Positions 15,963 to 24,000 of a stretch of 24,000 bases of DNA are shown here, one piece after another (position 1 is the first letter of the stretch; each line of letters starts with the position of its first letter). Source of the DNA: Candidatus Methylacidithermus pantelleriae (GTDB lineage Bacteria; Verrucomicrobiota; Verrucomicrobiia; Methylacidiphilales; Methylacidiphilaceae); assembly GCF_905250085.1 (NCBI RefSeq), contig NZ_CAJNOB010000056.1, positions 39,035-63,034 of the forward strand, in the 5' to 3' direction. The notes under the pieces are model-generated. The model saw only the letters and a program-made list of their open reading frames with translations. It was not told where the DNA came from and did not search any database. Both the position numbers and the translations under genes were made by a program.

Positions 15963-16006
15963 GGAAAGAAGTTTGGTAGGAAAAAAGCGGCGAGGCCAGG
16001 AACAAA

Positions 16007-17152
16007 ATGGGGATAGGGTCAGCCGGGCGAGTTTTGGGGAAAAACACCCTCAAGGTTTTTTGGCTTGCGGGGCTTGTTTCCTTCTGCCTGGGGCTTTCGC
16101 TGAGTCCCGGTGGAACGAAAGCCTTTCTCTTTGCGGTCAGCCCGCAAGAGGAACCGGTCGTCCAAGTCGTCCAAAAGGTTCTTCCGGCGGTTGTTAACCT
16201 CAGCAGCGAAAAAGTGGTTCATGCCCCGGTTCAAGATCCTTTTGAGCTTTTCTTTGGGCGTTTTTACGTACCCCAACGCGTGCGAAGCCTAGGATCGGGG
16301 GTTTTGATCGATTCCCATGGCCGGATTCTCACCTGCGCCCATGTGGTGGAGCGAGCGCTGCGCGGGCAGGTCAGGGTTACTCTCTCCAACGGAGTTGTTT
16401 CCCTCGGCCAAGTTCTCCTTTCGGATCCGGAAGCCGACTTAGCTCTGGTGGAGATTCCGGCCCCCAAGCCTTTTCCCTTTCTCGATGTCAGGCGCCTTTC
16501 TCCCAATTACCTCGGGCAAACGGTTATCGTGCTCGGGAATCCTGTCGGCTATGAAAACAGTGTCAGCCGGGGTATTCTAAGCGCTCACAATCGTACCATC
16601 CAGACGGAGCAGGGACTTGTCCGGGGGCTTCTCCAAACGGATGCTGCGATCAATCCGGGCAATAGCGGGGGTCCGATCGTAGATATCCAGGGTGCTTTTG
16701 TGGGCATTGCGACGGCCAAGTTTGCCGGCAACGCGATTGAAGGGATTGGTTTTGCCATTCCCGGTCGCCAGGTTGTGGCCTGGCTCAGCGAGGTCGCTCG
16801 TGGCCGCACACCTCCGGATTGGCAGGCGCTGGTACGAAGGTTTGAGGAGCGAATCGGAGCCCAGCTGCAGGATGTCACCCCGGAACTCGCTTTTTCCCTT
16901 CATTTGCCTACAAGCTCGGGGCTATTGCTTTCGGAAGTAGAACCGGGTGGGCCTGCCGCGCGGGCTGGGTTAGAGGCGGGGATGGTGATCGTGGCCGTCG
17001 AGGGGACTCCGGTTACTGACTTGCGCTCCCTACCGGTCTATTGGACCCGGTTGGGGCGAGGGGATCCGCTTAGCCTTTCGATTGTTGCTGTTCGGGAAGG
17101 AAACGGGATTCTCTTGGAGCAAAAAGCCACCGTGACGCTCTACCTCCGGTGA
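16007..17152 (+). CDS. HtrA/DegP-family periplasmic serine protease with one PDZ domain
   Basis: N-terminal hydrophobic anchor. Catalytic triad contexts are TCAHVV (His), DLALVEI (Asp) and NPGNSGGPIVD (Ser). A PDZ-like segment reads LLLSEVEPGGPAARAGLEAGMVIVAVEG. Confidence 0.88.
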   Translation: MGIGSAGRVLGKNTLKVFWLAGLVSFCLGLSLSPGGTKAFLFAVSPQEEPVVQVVQKVLPAVVNLSSEKVVHAPVQDPFELFFGRFYVPQRVRSLGSGVLIDSHGRILTCAHVVERALRGQVRVTLSNGVVSLGQVLLSDPEADLALVEIPAPKPFPFLDVRRLSPNYLGQTVIVLGNPVGYENSVSRGILSAHNRTIQTEQGLVRGLLQTDAAINPGNSGGPIVDIQGAFVGIATAKFAGNAIEGIGFAIPGRQVVAWLSEVARGRTPPDWQALVRRFEERIGAQLQDVTPELAFSLHLPTSSGLLLSEVEPGGPAARAGLEAGMVIVAVEGTPVTDLRSLPVYWTRLGRGDPLSLSIVAVREGNGILLEQKATVTLYLR

Positions 17153-17454
17153 AAAGAAGAAGGGCAGTAAGGAAATGCTCGTAAGAAAGTGTAGACTCGT
17201 TCGTCTTACTTCACAAAAAGCCTTTTAGAGGCTGCTAGAGCGAGTTGTGTTGGGTGGAGCGGAAAAGGTTTTCTCGGCAGAACGTCATCCGGGGGTCGCT
17301 TGGGTCAACGCCGTACTCATGGGCGCCCAACTCCCCCAAGGGGCCGGAAAGGGAAGAATTTGCTTGCGAGCATAGCTTTGCCTAAAGAAGGGAGGGAACA
17401 AACTTTGCATTTCTTTGCGGGATCGTTGCACCGGTTTCCCACAACCCGTAGAGT

Positions 17455-20400
17455 ATGGGTGCCATGCTACAGTGGGTCTTAACCAAGCTTGTCGGCTCAA
17501 AGAACGAGCGGGAACTCCGCAGGCTCTGGCCTATTGTCGAAAAGATTAACCAGTGGGAGCTATCCTATCGAAAACTTTCCGACAAGGAACTAGCAGCAAA
17601 GACCGACGAATTTCGCGCGCGACTGCAGTCGGGCCAGAGCTTGGACGATCTTCTTCCGGAGGCCTTTGCCGCGGTGAAAAACGTGTGCTGGCGGTTTACC
17701 CAGAACAGAAAACTGATCCGTGTCCGGGGCCACGATCTTGTATGGGATATGGTTCCCTTCGACGTTCAGCTCTTGGGGGCAATCGTCCTTCACATGGGCA
17801 AGATTGCGGAAATGGCGACCGGGGAAGGAAAGACCCTGGTGGCCGTTATGCCGGCCTATCTCAATGCTCTTACGGGCCGAGGGGTGCACATTGTAACGGT
17901 AAACGACTACCTGGCGGCTCGGGATAGCGAGTGGATGGGGGAGATTTACCGTTTCCTGGGCATGAGCGTGGGGTGTTTGCAGCAGGGGCAGACTCCGGAA
18001 GAACGGCGCCAGCAATATCTTTGCGATGTCTGCTACGGAACCAATAGTGAGTTTGGGTTTGACTATCTTCGAGACAATAGTGTCGCGATTCGAGCGGAGG
18101 AGCAGGTCCAGCGAGGCCATTATTACGCGATTGTCGATGAGGTGGACAGCATTCTCATCGATGAGGCTCGTACTCCCCTCATTATTTCAGGACCGGCAAC
18201 GGTTGCTTCTTCTGAGCAATACCAGCGATACAAGGAGCCGGTCGCGCGGCTGGTTCGAGAGCAAGCGATCGAGTGTGCCCGGTTGGCGGAACGGGCTCAA
18301 AAGCTTTTGAGCGAGGGGGGTCCCCGGGAGGAGATTGGGCGGCTCCTATTTAAGATCAAGCTTGCCATGCCCAGGAATCGCCAGCTTTTGCGGATGTTGG
18401 AAGACGGGGAGGTCCGCCGGATGATGGAGGATGCGGAACTGGCGCTCTATCAGGACAGCCGCCGGATTGAGCTTTTTCAGCTCAAAGAGGAGCTTCTGTT
18501 TGCCATCGACGAAAAGAATAACGAAGCGGATTTGACCGAACGGGGCCGGCGTTTCTTAAGCCCGGGCGATCCTGACTCTTTTGTGCCTCCGGATCTCGTA
18601 GTGGCTTTTCACGACATCGATTCGGACACCAATCTTTCGCCGGAACAAAAGGAGAAGCGGCGCAAGGAGGTCCAGCGTCGGTACGACGAGGTGACGGAGA
18701 GGATTCATGCGATTAGCCAGCTTTTGAAAGCTTACTGCCTCTTTGAGAAGGATGTTCACTATGTGGTTCAGGATAACAAGGTGATCATTGTCGACGAGTT
18801 CACCGGCCGGCTCATGCCGGGAAGACGGTGGAGCGATGGATTACACCAGGCCGTTGAGGCCAAGGAAGGGGTTCAGATTGATCGTGAAACGCAGACGCTG
18901 GCGACGGTTACCATTCAGAACTACTTCCGCTTGTATGAGAAACTTGCGGGAATGACGGGCACTGCGGCTACCGAAGCCAACGAGTTTCACGACATCTACA
19001 AGCTGGATGTGGTCACTATTCCTACGAACAAGCCGGTTCGCAGGACGGATCTGGATGACTCGATCTTTAAAACACGGAGAGCCAAGTACAACGCCATCGT
19101 CCAAAAGATTAAGGAGCTCTATTCCCGGGGCCAGCCGGTACTGGTGGGGACGATTTCCGTGGAAGCTTCCGAACTTTTGTCTCGCATGCTGAAACGAGAG
19201 GGGATCCCGCATAGCGTGCTCAACGCAAAGTATCACCAGCAGGAGGCTGAGATCATTGCTCGAGCCGGCCAGCGGGGAGCCGTGACTATTGCCACCAACA
19301 TGGCTGGCCGGGGTACGGATATTAAGCTAGGTCCCGGGGTGGCGGAGCTGGGTGGGCTTTTTGTTCTTGGGACGGAGCGGCATGAAGCCCGCAGGATCGA
19401 TTACCAGCTACGAGGACGCTGCGCACGCCAGGGAGATCCGGGGGTCTCAAAATTCTTCATCTCCCTCGAAGATGATCTCATGCGTAACTTTGGGGATTCG
19501 CGAAAAATTGCCTCCCTTTTAACGCGGCTGGGAATGAAGGAGGACGAGGAGCTAGAGCATCCCTGGTTAACCAAGGCGGTGGAGACGGCGCAAAAGCGCG
19601 TCGAGCAGCGGAATTACATGATTCGAAAACACACGCTGCAATATGACGATGTGCTCAACTTGCAGCGGCAGGTGGTGTATTCCTATCGGAACGAGGTGCT
19701 CCATTCGGACAATCCCCGGGAGGAAATCTTTGAGGTCGTGGAAGAGGTGGTGCGGGAGGAAGCGACAAAACGGCTGGAGAGCGAGGAGCCGGATGTAGAG
19801 GGGTTTCTTTCCTGGGTGAATCTGCACTTTCCGCTGGCTGTAAAGCCGGGCGATTTTCCCTGGGCGGAAAATGCGGACCGTTCTGCCGAAGAATGTCTGC
19901 GGAGAATCCGCGAGGCGTATGAGCTGAAGATCAAATTCGAGGATCCGGGCGAAGTGAAAGAGATGGAACGGTACATCGTTCTTTCGGCAATCGATCGCCT
20001 GTGGCAGGAGCACTTGTATGCGATGGACGGTCTTCGCGGGGGGATCGGTTTGCGGGCCTATGGACAGAGGGATCCACTGGTGGAATATAAGCAGGAAGCC
20101 TTTGCGATGTTCCAGGAGCTTATGGGACAGCTGAAGCGGGAGATTGTGCACAATCTTTTCCGGTCGGCCTCGAGCCTTCTTGCCTTTGAGCAGTTTTTGG
20201 CCGCTTTGCCCCAGAAACTGGTTAAGGAGGACGTTCGCCAGTTGGGTTTAGAGACCCCGGTTTTGGAGGCTCCTGGGCAGCTCCACGAGCCGCAAGGGGA
20301 CGGGGAAGAAATCCCGGAGGTAGTCCTTCCGATACGGCGAGCTGGGCCGAAGATGGGGCGAAACGATCCGTGCCCGCTGGATCCAACCAAGAAGTTTAAA

Positions 20401-20511
20401 CACTGTTGCGGAGCCTTGGGGGAAAAGACCTGTATCAAGGTGGTTCTTGGACCGGAGTACGCTCCCCCCAAGAAGGGGGCTAAAGGAAAGCGCGGCCAGG
20501 AAAAGGGGTAG
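17455..20511 (+). CDS. secA: Preprotein translocase ATPase SecA
   Basis: Motifs LVGSKNERELRRL, MATGEGKTLVA, DEVDSILIDEARTPLIISG, TNMAGRGTDIKLG and a C-terminal metal-binding-like motif. Length is 1018 aa. The true start may be the second ATG at 17464 (MLQWVL...). Confidence 0.95.
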   Translation: MGAMLQWVLTKLVGSKNERELRRLWPIVEKINQWELSYRKLSDKELAAKTDEFRARLQSGQSLDDLLPEAFAAVKNVCWRFTQNRKLIRVRGHDLVWDMVPFDVQLLGAIVLHMGKIAEMATGEGKTLVAVMPAYLNALTGRGVHIVTVNDYLAARDSEWMGEIYRFLGMSVGCLQQGQTPEERRQQYLCDVCYGTNSEFGFDYLRDNSVAIRAEEQVQRGHYYAIVDEVDSILIDEARTPLIISGPATVASSEQYQRYKEPVARLVREQAIECARLAERAQKLLSEGGPREEIGRLLFKIKLAMPRNRQLLRMLEDGEVRRMMEDAELALYQDSRRIELFQLKEELLFAIDEKNNEADLTERGRRFLSPGDPDSFVPPDLVVAFHDIDSDTNLSPEQKEKRRKEVQRRYDEVTERIHAISQLLKAYCLFEKDVHYVVQDNKVIIVDEFTGRLMPGRRWSDGLHQAVEAKEGVQIDRETQTLATVTIQNYFRLYEKLAGMTGTAATEANEFHDIYKLDVVTIPTNKPVRRTDLDDSIFKTRRAKYNAIVQKIKELYSRGQPVLVGTISVEASELLSRMLKREGIPHSVLNAKYHQQEAEIIARAGQRGAVTIATNMAGRGTDIKLGPGVAELGGLFVLGTERHEARRIDYQLRGRCARQGDPGVSKFFISLEDDLMRNFGDSRKIASLLTRLGMKEDEELEHPWLTKAVETAQKRVEQRNYMIRKHTLQYDDVLNLQRQVVYSYRNEVLHSDNPREEIFEVVEEVVREEATKRLESEEPDVEGFLSWVNLHFPLAVKPGDFPWAENADRSAEECLRRIREAYELKIKFEDPGEVKEMERYIVLSAIDRLWQEHLYAMDGLRGGIGLRAYGQRDPLVEYKQEAFAMFQELMGQLKREIVHNLFRSASSLLAFEQFLAALPQKLVKEDVRQLGLETPVLEAPGQLHEPQGDGEEIPEVVLPIRRAGPKMGRNDPCPLDPTKKFKHCCGALGEKTCIKVVLGPEYAPPKKGAKGKRGQEKG

Positions 20512-20586
20512 AAAGAGGTTTCGCAAGCTCTGGAACTCGAGCTGTTGTCTCCGATTGCGGGGAAAGGCAGAACTGTTTCTCGATCG

Positions 20587-21822
20587 ATGCGCGTTGAGGT
20601 CGTCAACACCGGCAATGAGCTTCTTTCGGGGCGTGTGCTCAATCATCACTTAGCCTTTTTGGGTCGAGAGCTTTTTGCGCTCGGCTTGCGGATTGCTCGG
20701 CAGGTTACGGTTCCGGATGGGGAAGGGCTGTCAGAGGTGCTGCGAGAGGCTTGGATTCGATGCGAGCTTCTCGTGGTCACGGGCGGGTTGGGCCCGACCT
20801 CTGATGATGTTACTCGAAGGGCGGCCGCGGAAGCGATTGGTGTGGAGTTAGAATTCCGTCCAGAACTTGAAGCCGAGGTCTGCCGGACCTATGAGTCTCA
20901 GGGTTTGCGAGGGACGGAATGGGCTGCGAGGGCCCAGGCTTGGGTCCTTCGCGGAGCCAAGCTTTTGCCGAACCCTTTTGGAACGGCGTGGGGGATGATT
21001 GTAGAAAAGGAGGGCAAGTCCATTGTTCTTCTTCCGGGCCCTCCAAGAGAACTCCAACCCATGTGGCGCGACCATGTCGTGCCCTGGCTCAAAGAAAAGC
21101 TGGGTGTTCGGTCTCTCTTTGAACATAGGTTTCGGACGTTTGGATTGGGCGAATCTCGGATCGAGGATCGAATCGGTTCGCTTTTACGAAAGTTCCGTTC
21201 CGTGGAAATCGGATACTACGAGCATCTCGGGGAGGTCGAGTTGCGTGTGGTCTCTTCGGATTTTCGGGAATGGGAGGAGGCGATTGAGGTGATTCGGGAA
21301 AGGCTTGGGGATTGGATTTTCTCCGAGGACGGCGAAAGTCTCGAGGAGGTGGTGATCCACGCGGCCCGTTCGTTGGGAAAGAAACTTGCCGTAGCGGAAT
21401 CCTGCACGGGAGGGCTATTGGCACATCGGTTGACCAATGTGCCTGGAAGCTCGCTCGTTTTTACCTTTGGCTGGGTCACCTATGGCGCCGTCGCCAAGGT
21501 CCAAGAGCTTGGGGTTCCGCAAGAAGTACTGGAGAGATGGGGGGAAGTGAGCGGTCCTACGGCAGAAGCGATGGCTTATGGGGCGCTAGAGCGTTCCGGA
21601 GCGGATGTAGCGGTGGGGATTACAGGGGTTGCAGGACCGGGTGCCTCGCCCGGTGGGCCTCCTGCTGGCACAGCATGGATCGGACTGGCATGGCCTGGTC
21701 AAAAACGAAGTTTTGCTTGCTTTCATGAGGTGGGAGACCGGCCTTCCTTTAAATTTCTCCTAACGCAGGAAGCTTTGGATCTGGTCCGAAGGAAGCTTTT
21801 AGGACTTCCCGACAAGGGATAG
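20587..21822 (+). CDS. cinA: CinA-family protein (MoCF-binding domain plus nicotinamide-nucleotide amidase PncC domain)
   Basis: MRVEVVNTGNELLSGRVLN at the N-terminus, GGLGPTSDD, and AESCTGGLLAHRLTNVPGSS in the C-terminal domain. I chose the ATG at 20587 over the track start at 20545. Confidence 0.85.
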   Translation: MRVEVVNTGNELLSGRVLNHHLAFLGRELFALGLRIARQVTVPDGEGLSEVLREAWIRCELLVVTGGLGPTSDDVTRRAAAEAIGVELEFRPELEAEVCRTYESQGLRGTEWAARAQAWVLRGAKLLPNPFGTAWGMIVEKEGKSIVLLPGPPRELQPMWRDHVVPWLKEKLGVRSLFEHRFRTFGLGESRIEDRIGSLLRKFRSVEIGYYEHLGEVELRVVSSDFREWEEAIEVIRERLGDWIFSEDGESLEEVVIHAARSLGKKLAVAESCTGGLLAHRLTNVPGSSLVFTFGWVTYGAVAKVQELGVPQEVLERWGEVSGPTAEAMAYGALERSGADVAVGITGVAGPGASPGGPPAGTAWIGLAWPGQKRSFACFHEVGDRPSFKFLLTQEALDLVRRKLLGLPDKG

Positions 21823-21887
21823 GATGCTAAAGCAACAATGGAATTATTTGTTGCATCCGCCACTTAGGCCGTTCTAATTTTTGGGTC

Positions 21888-22559
21888 GTGGCAACCGCAC
21901 TCTTGAATCCCTTCCGGATTTCCTTTCCGGACGTCTCAAAAGCCGATCCGGACGGCCTGGTAGCCATTGGGGGGGATCTGTCGGTCCCTCGCCTACTGGC
22001 GGGTTACCGCTCGGGGATTTTCCCTTGGACAGACCGGCCCCTTACATGGTGGAGTCCCGATCCGCGAGCCATCTTTGAATTGGAAACGTTCCGGGTCCCA
22101 CGCCGGCTTGCCCAGAAGCTTCGTCAAGGGAAGTTTGCGTTTACCATCAACCAAGCGTTTGAGGAAGTGATCCGGGGTTGTGCGGAGCCCTCACCGGGAA
22201 GGGAACAGACGTGGATTAGTCCCCGCTTCATTCGAGCCTATACGGAACTGCATCGCCACGGTTACGCGCACAGCGTAGAAGTGTGGCAGGACGGGCGACT
22301 GGTAGGTGGCCTATACGGGGTCGCTATTGGAGGTTTTTTTGCTGGTGAGTCGATGTTTCATCGAGTAACCGACGCCTCCAAGGCCGCCTTATGCTTTGTA
22401 GTGGATCAGTTGAAACGACGAGGCTTCCAACTCTTTGATACCCAGGTGGCCACCCCTGTAACCCGCCAGATGCGGGCCGTCGATATTCCCCGGAAAGAGT
22501 ATCTCGCCCGGTTAGCTCAAGCGTTAACCCTTCCGGTCTCGTTTGTGGACCAGCCCTAG
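21888..22559 (+). CDS. aat: Leucyl/phenylalanyl-tRNA--protein transferase
   Basis: Motifs LLAGYRSGIFPW, WWSPDPRAIF, INQAFEEVIRGCA, HSVEVW and GESMFH. GTG start. Confidence 0.9.
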   Translation: MATALLNPFRISFPDVSKADPDGLVAIGGDLSVPRLLAGYRSGIFPWTDRPLTWWSPDPRAIFELETFRVPRRLAQKLRQGKFAFTINQAFEEVIRGCAEPSPGREQTWISPRFIRAYTELHRHGYAHSVEVWQDGRLVGGLYGVAIGGFFAGESMFHRVTDASKAALCFVVDQLKRRGFQLFDTQVATPVTRQMRAVDIPRKEYLARLAQALTLPVSFVDQP

Positions 22560-22594
22560 AGAAACCGGAAAAGAGCTCGCCTCCGCCGCCGGTC

Positions 22595-22810
22595 CTACGA
22601 GGGAGCTCCTTTCCTTTTTCTTAGAATGGGCAAGCCCGTGCGATCACTTTCCGCCACTTCGTAGCCATCGGGCAAAGAGTCAAGCACGCCTTCTCCTACT
22701 TTGGTTGAGAAGTAATAGAGCCGCACTTTGAGCCCGTTCCGCAAAACTTGATCTCGTCCGTGGAGATAGTACGTCTTGCCGCTCTTTTTGCTGACAACAC
22801 TAAAGGCCAT
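22595..22810 (-). CDS. Small conserved-looking hypothetical protein (71 aa)
   Basis: The internal ATG at 22810 is preceded by GAGGAG. The sequence is MAFSVVSKKSGKTYYLHGRDQVLRNGLKVRLYYFSTKVGEGVLDSLPDGYEVAESDRTGLPILRKRK. The upstream part of the track ORF overlaps the rpmB 3' end and looks non-coding. Confidence 0.55.
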   Translation of the reverse strand: MAFSVVSKKSGKTYYLHGRDQVLRNGLKVRLYYFSTKVGEGVLDSLPDGYEVAESDRTGLPILRKRKGAPS

Positions 22811-22919
22811 GTTTTTTTTCTCCTCTCTATCGTTGGTTTCTACCGCAACACCCCGCTCCCTTCCACGCCCCTCTCGGTCGGCCGGGAGCGAGTTTCCCTG
22901 GGAAGGGCAGGTGGGCTCG

Positions 22920-23186
22920 TCACCGCAGTACACCTGCTTCCCGAAGCACCTGGTAGGGACCGTTTTTCATCATGGTCTTAAGTGCACGAGCCGTCACTCG
23001 AACGGTTACGGCTCGACCAAGTTCCGGAACGAAAATCCGCTTTCGCCGGAGATTGGGGAAGAAAAACCTCGGGTTCCTCTTGGTAACATGAATCCCGATT
23101 CCCCCTTTCTTTTTAGCCTTTCCCCGGCGACTAACGCTCCGGCCCCAAGCTCTGGTGGCACCCGTAATACAGCATCGACCTGCCAT
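22920..23186 (-). CDS. rpmB: 50S ribosomal protein L28
   Basis: MAGRCCITGA...FFFPNLRRKRIFVPELGRAVTVRVTARALKTM matches the L28 pattern (C.vTGK...RRF.PNLq..r.wv......v.lrvs.kalr). Confidence 0.9.
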   Translation of the reverse strand: MAGRCCITGATRAWGRSVSRRGKAKKKGGIGIHVTKRNPRFFFPNLRRKRIFVPELGRAVTVRVTARALKTMMKNGPYQVLREAGVLR

Positions 23187-23238
23187 ACCGCCCTTTCCTT
23201 TTTTTTCTTATTAGCTCCGAACACGGAGCTTTCCAGTT

Positions 23239-23493
23239 CTATTTCATCAAAAGCACGTTTCGGGCTCGCTTGATTTCGCGAGCCAACTTCCGGTGAAGCT
23301 TGGCGGGTAGACCGGTCACCCGTCTCGGAAGAATTCGGCCGCTTTCGGTCGTGAACTTTTTCAAAAATTCCACGTTTTGAAAGGAGATGGCTTCCGGGTC
23401 AATGTCCACCCGTTTTCGAGCACCTTTTGCCGGCATCCGGGCACGGCGAAGTGCTTTCTTTCTTCCTTTTTTTGTTTTCGTTTTTCTCCCCAT
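23239..23493 (-). CDS. rpsR: 30S ribosomal protein S18
   Basis: FQNVEFLKKFTTESGRILPRRVTGLPAKLHRKLAREIKRARNVLLM is the S18 signature. The ATG at 23493 is preceded by GAGAGGG. The track start at 23517 is a TTG. Confidence 0.85.
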   Translation of the reverse strand: MGRKTKTKKGRKKALRRARMPAKGARKRVDIDPEAISFQNVEFLKKFTTESGRILPRRVTGLPAKLHRKLAREIKRARNVLLMK

Positions 23494-23547
23494 ACAAACC
23501 CTCTCGCTGGCAATCAACCAAAGGATCTGGCCAGATCCCTGGGCTTC

Positions 23548-24000
23548 TTACTCCTTTTCCCTTCTCCTCTCTTCTTCCTCCAACGCCTCTTCTCCCTCTT
23601 CTTCCATCCATCCTTCCGCCGATTCCATAAATTGGGGCACCGATTCCCACCTCCTCCGTGCCCGATACTCGCGTTCCTGTTCCCTTTGACAACCTACGCA
23701 AAACCGGGCATAAGGTACTGCCTCTAGGCGAGCCCGCGGAATGGGGTTCCCGCACATCTGACAAATCCCGTACGTGCCAGTTTCAATGCGTTTGAGGGCC
23801 TCCTCAATTTCATACAAAGCATCCTGTTCTTGAGAAAGGAGCGTAAGGGCAAAATCCTTATCATAGGCCTCGCTTCCGGCGTCCGCCTGGTGGAGCCCAA
23901 AGGGCGAGGCTCCGCTTCCTTCCGAGGAGACCCGAAGGGTGTCCTGTGCGACCCCTTGCATCTGGTTTAGGATGTGATCCCGAAGCTCAAGGAGCTTCTC
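23548..24000 (-). CDS. DksA/TraR-family C4 zinc-finger protein; the 5' end lies beyond the right edge
   Basis: CQMCGNPIPRARLEAVPYARFCVGCQ is the C4 finger. The frame stays open upstream of the listed Met through position 24000 (EKLLELRDHILNQ MQGV...), so the gene is probably truncated by the window. Confidence 0.8.
   Translation of the reverse strand, partial: EKLLELRDHILNQMQGVAQDTLRVSSEGSGASPFGLHQADAGSEAYDKDFALTLLSQEQDALYEIEEALKRIETGTYGICQMCGNPIPRARLEAVPYARFCVGCQREQEREYRARRRWESVPQFMESAEGWMEEEGEEALEEEERRREKE

Noticed and set aside
19567-20642. Two 194-aa minus-strand ORFs (19567-20151 and 20058-20642).
   Set aside because: Both are antisense to secA and the start of cinA. They are typical shadow ORFs of a GC-rich gene.

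Overview
Moderately GC-rich bacterial chromosomal window from a methane- or ammonia-oxidiser. The taxon cannot be fixed from sequence alone. A complete particulate monooxygenase operon, pmoC-pmoA-pmoB, lies on the minus strand (13738-14568, 12912-13643, 11541-12830), followed by a co-oriented gene for a membrane-anchored periplasmic protein (10713-11411). The remaining genes are housekeeping: a trxB 5' fragment, an ATP-grasp-like gene, sucCD, a fused aroA-cmk, plsC, a class V aminotransferase, an HtrA-like protease, secA, cinA, aat, rpmB, rpsR and a dksA-like gene cut by the right edge. The main anomaly is a 3.2 kb gap (4314-7552) between sucD and aroA-cmk with no credible CDS. It splits into three blocks of opposite strand composition. 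The central ~1.9 kb block is extremely G-rich and T-poor on the plus strand, and a 12-bp-stem hairpin sits where the skew flips. I could not match the gap to rRNA, RNase P, SRP RNA, tmRNA or any riboswitch I know. It may be one or more large non-coding RNAs, or heavily decayed genes; the sequence alone cannot decide. No CRISPR array, tRNA or recognisable mobile element was found.
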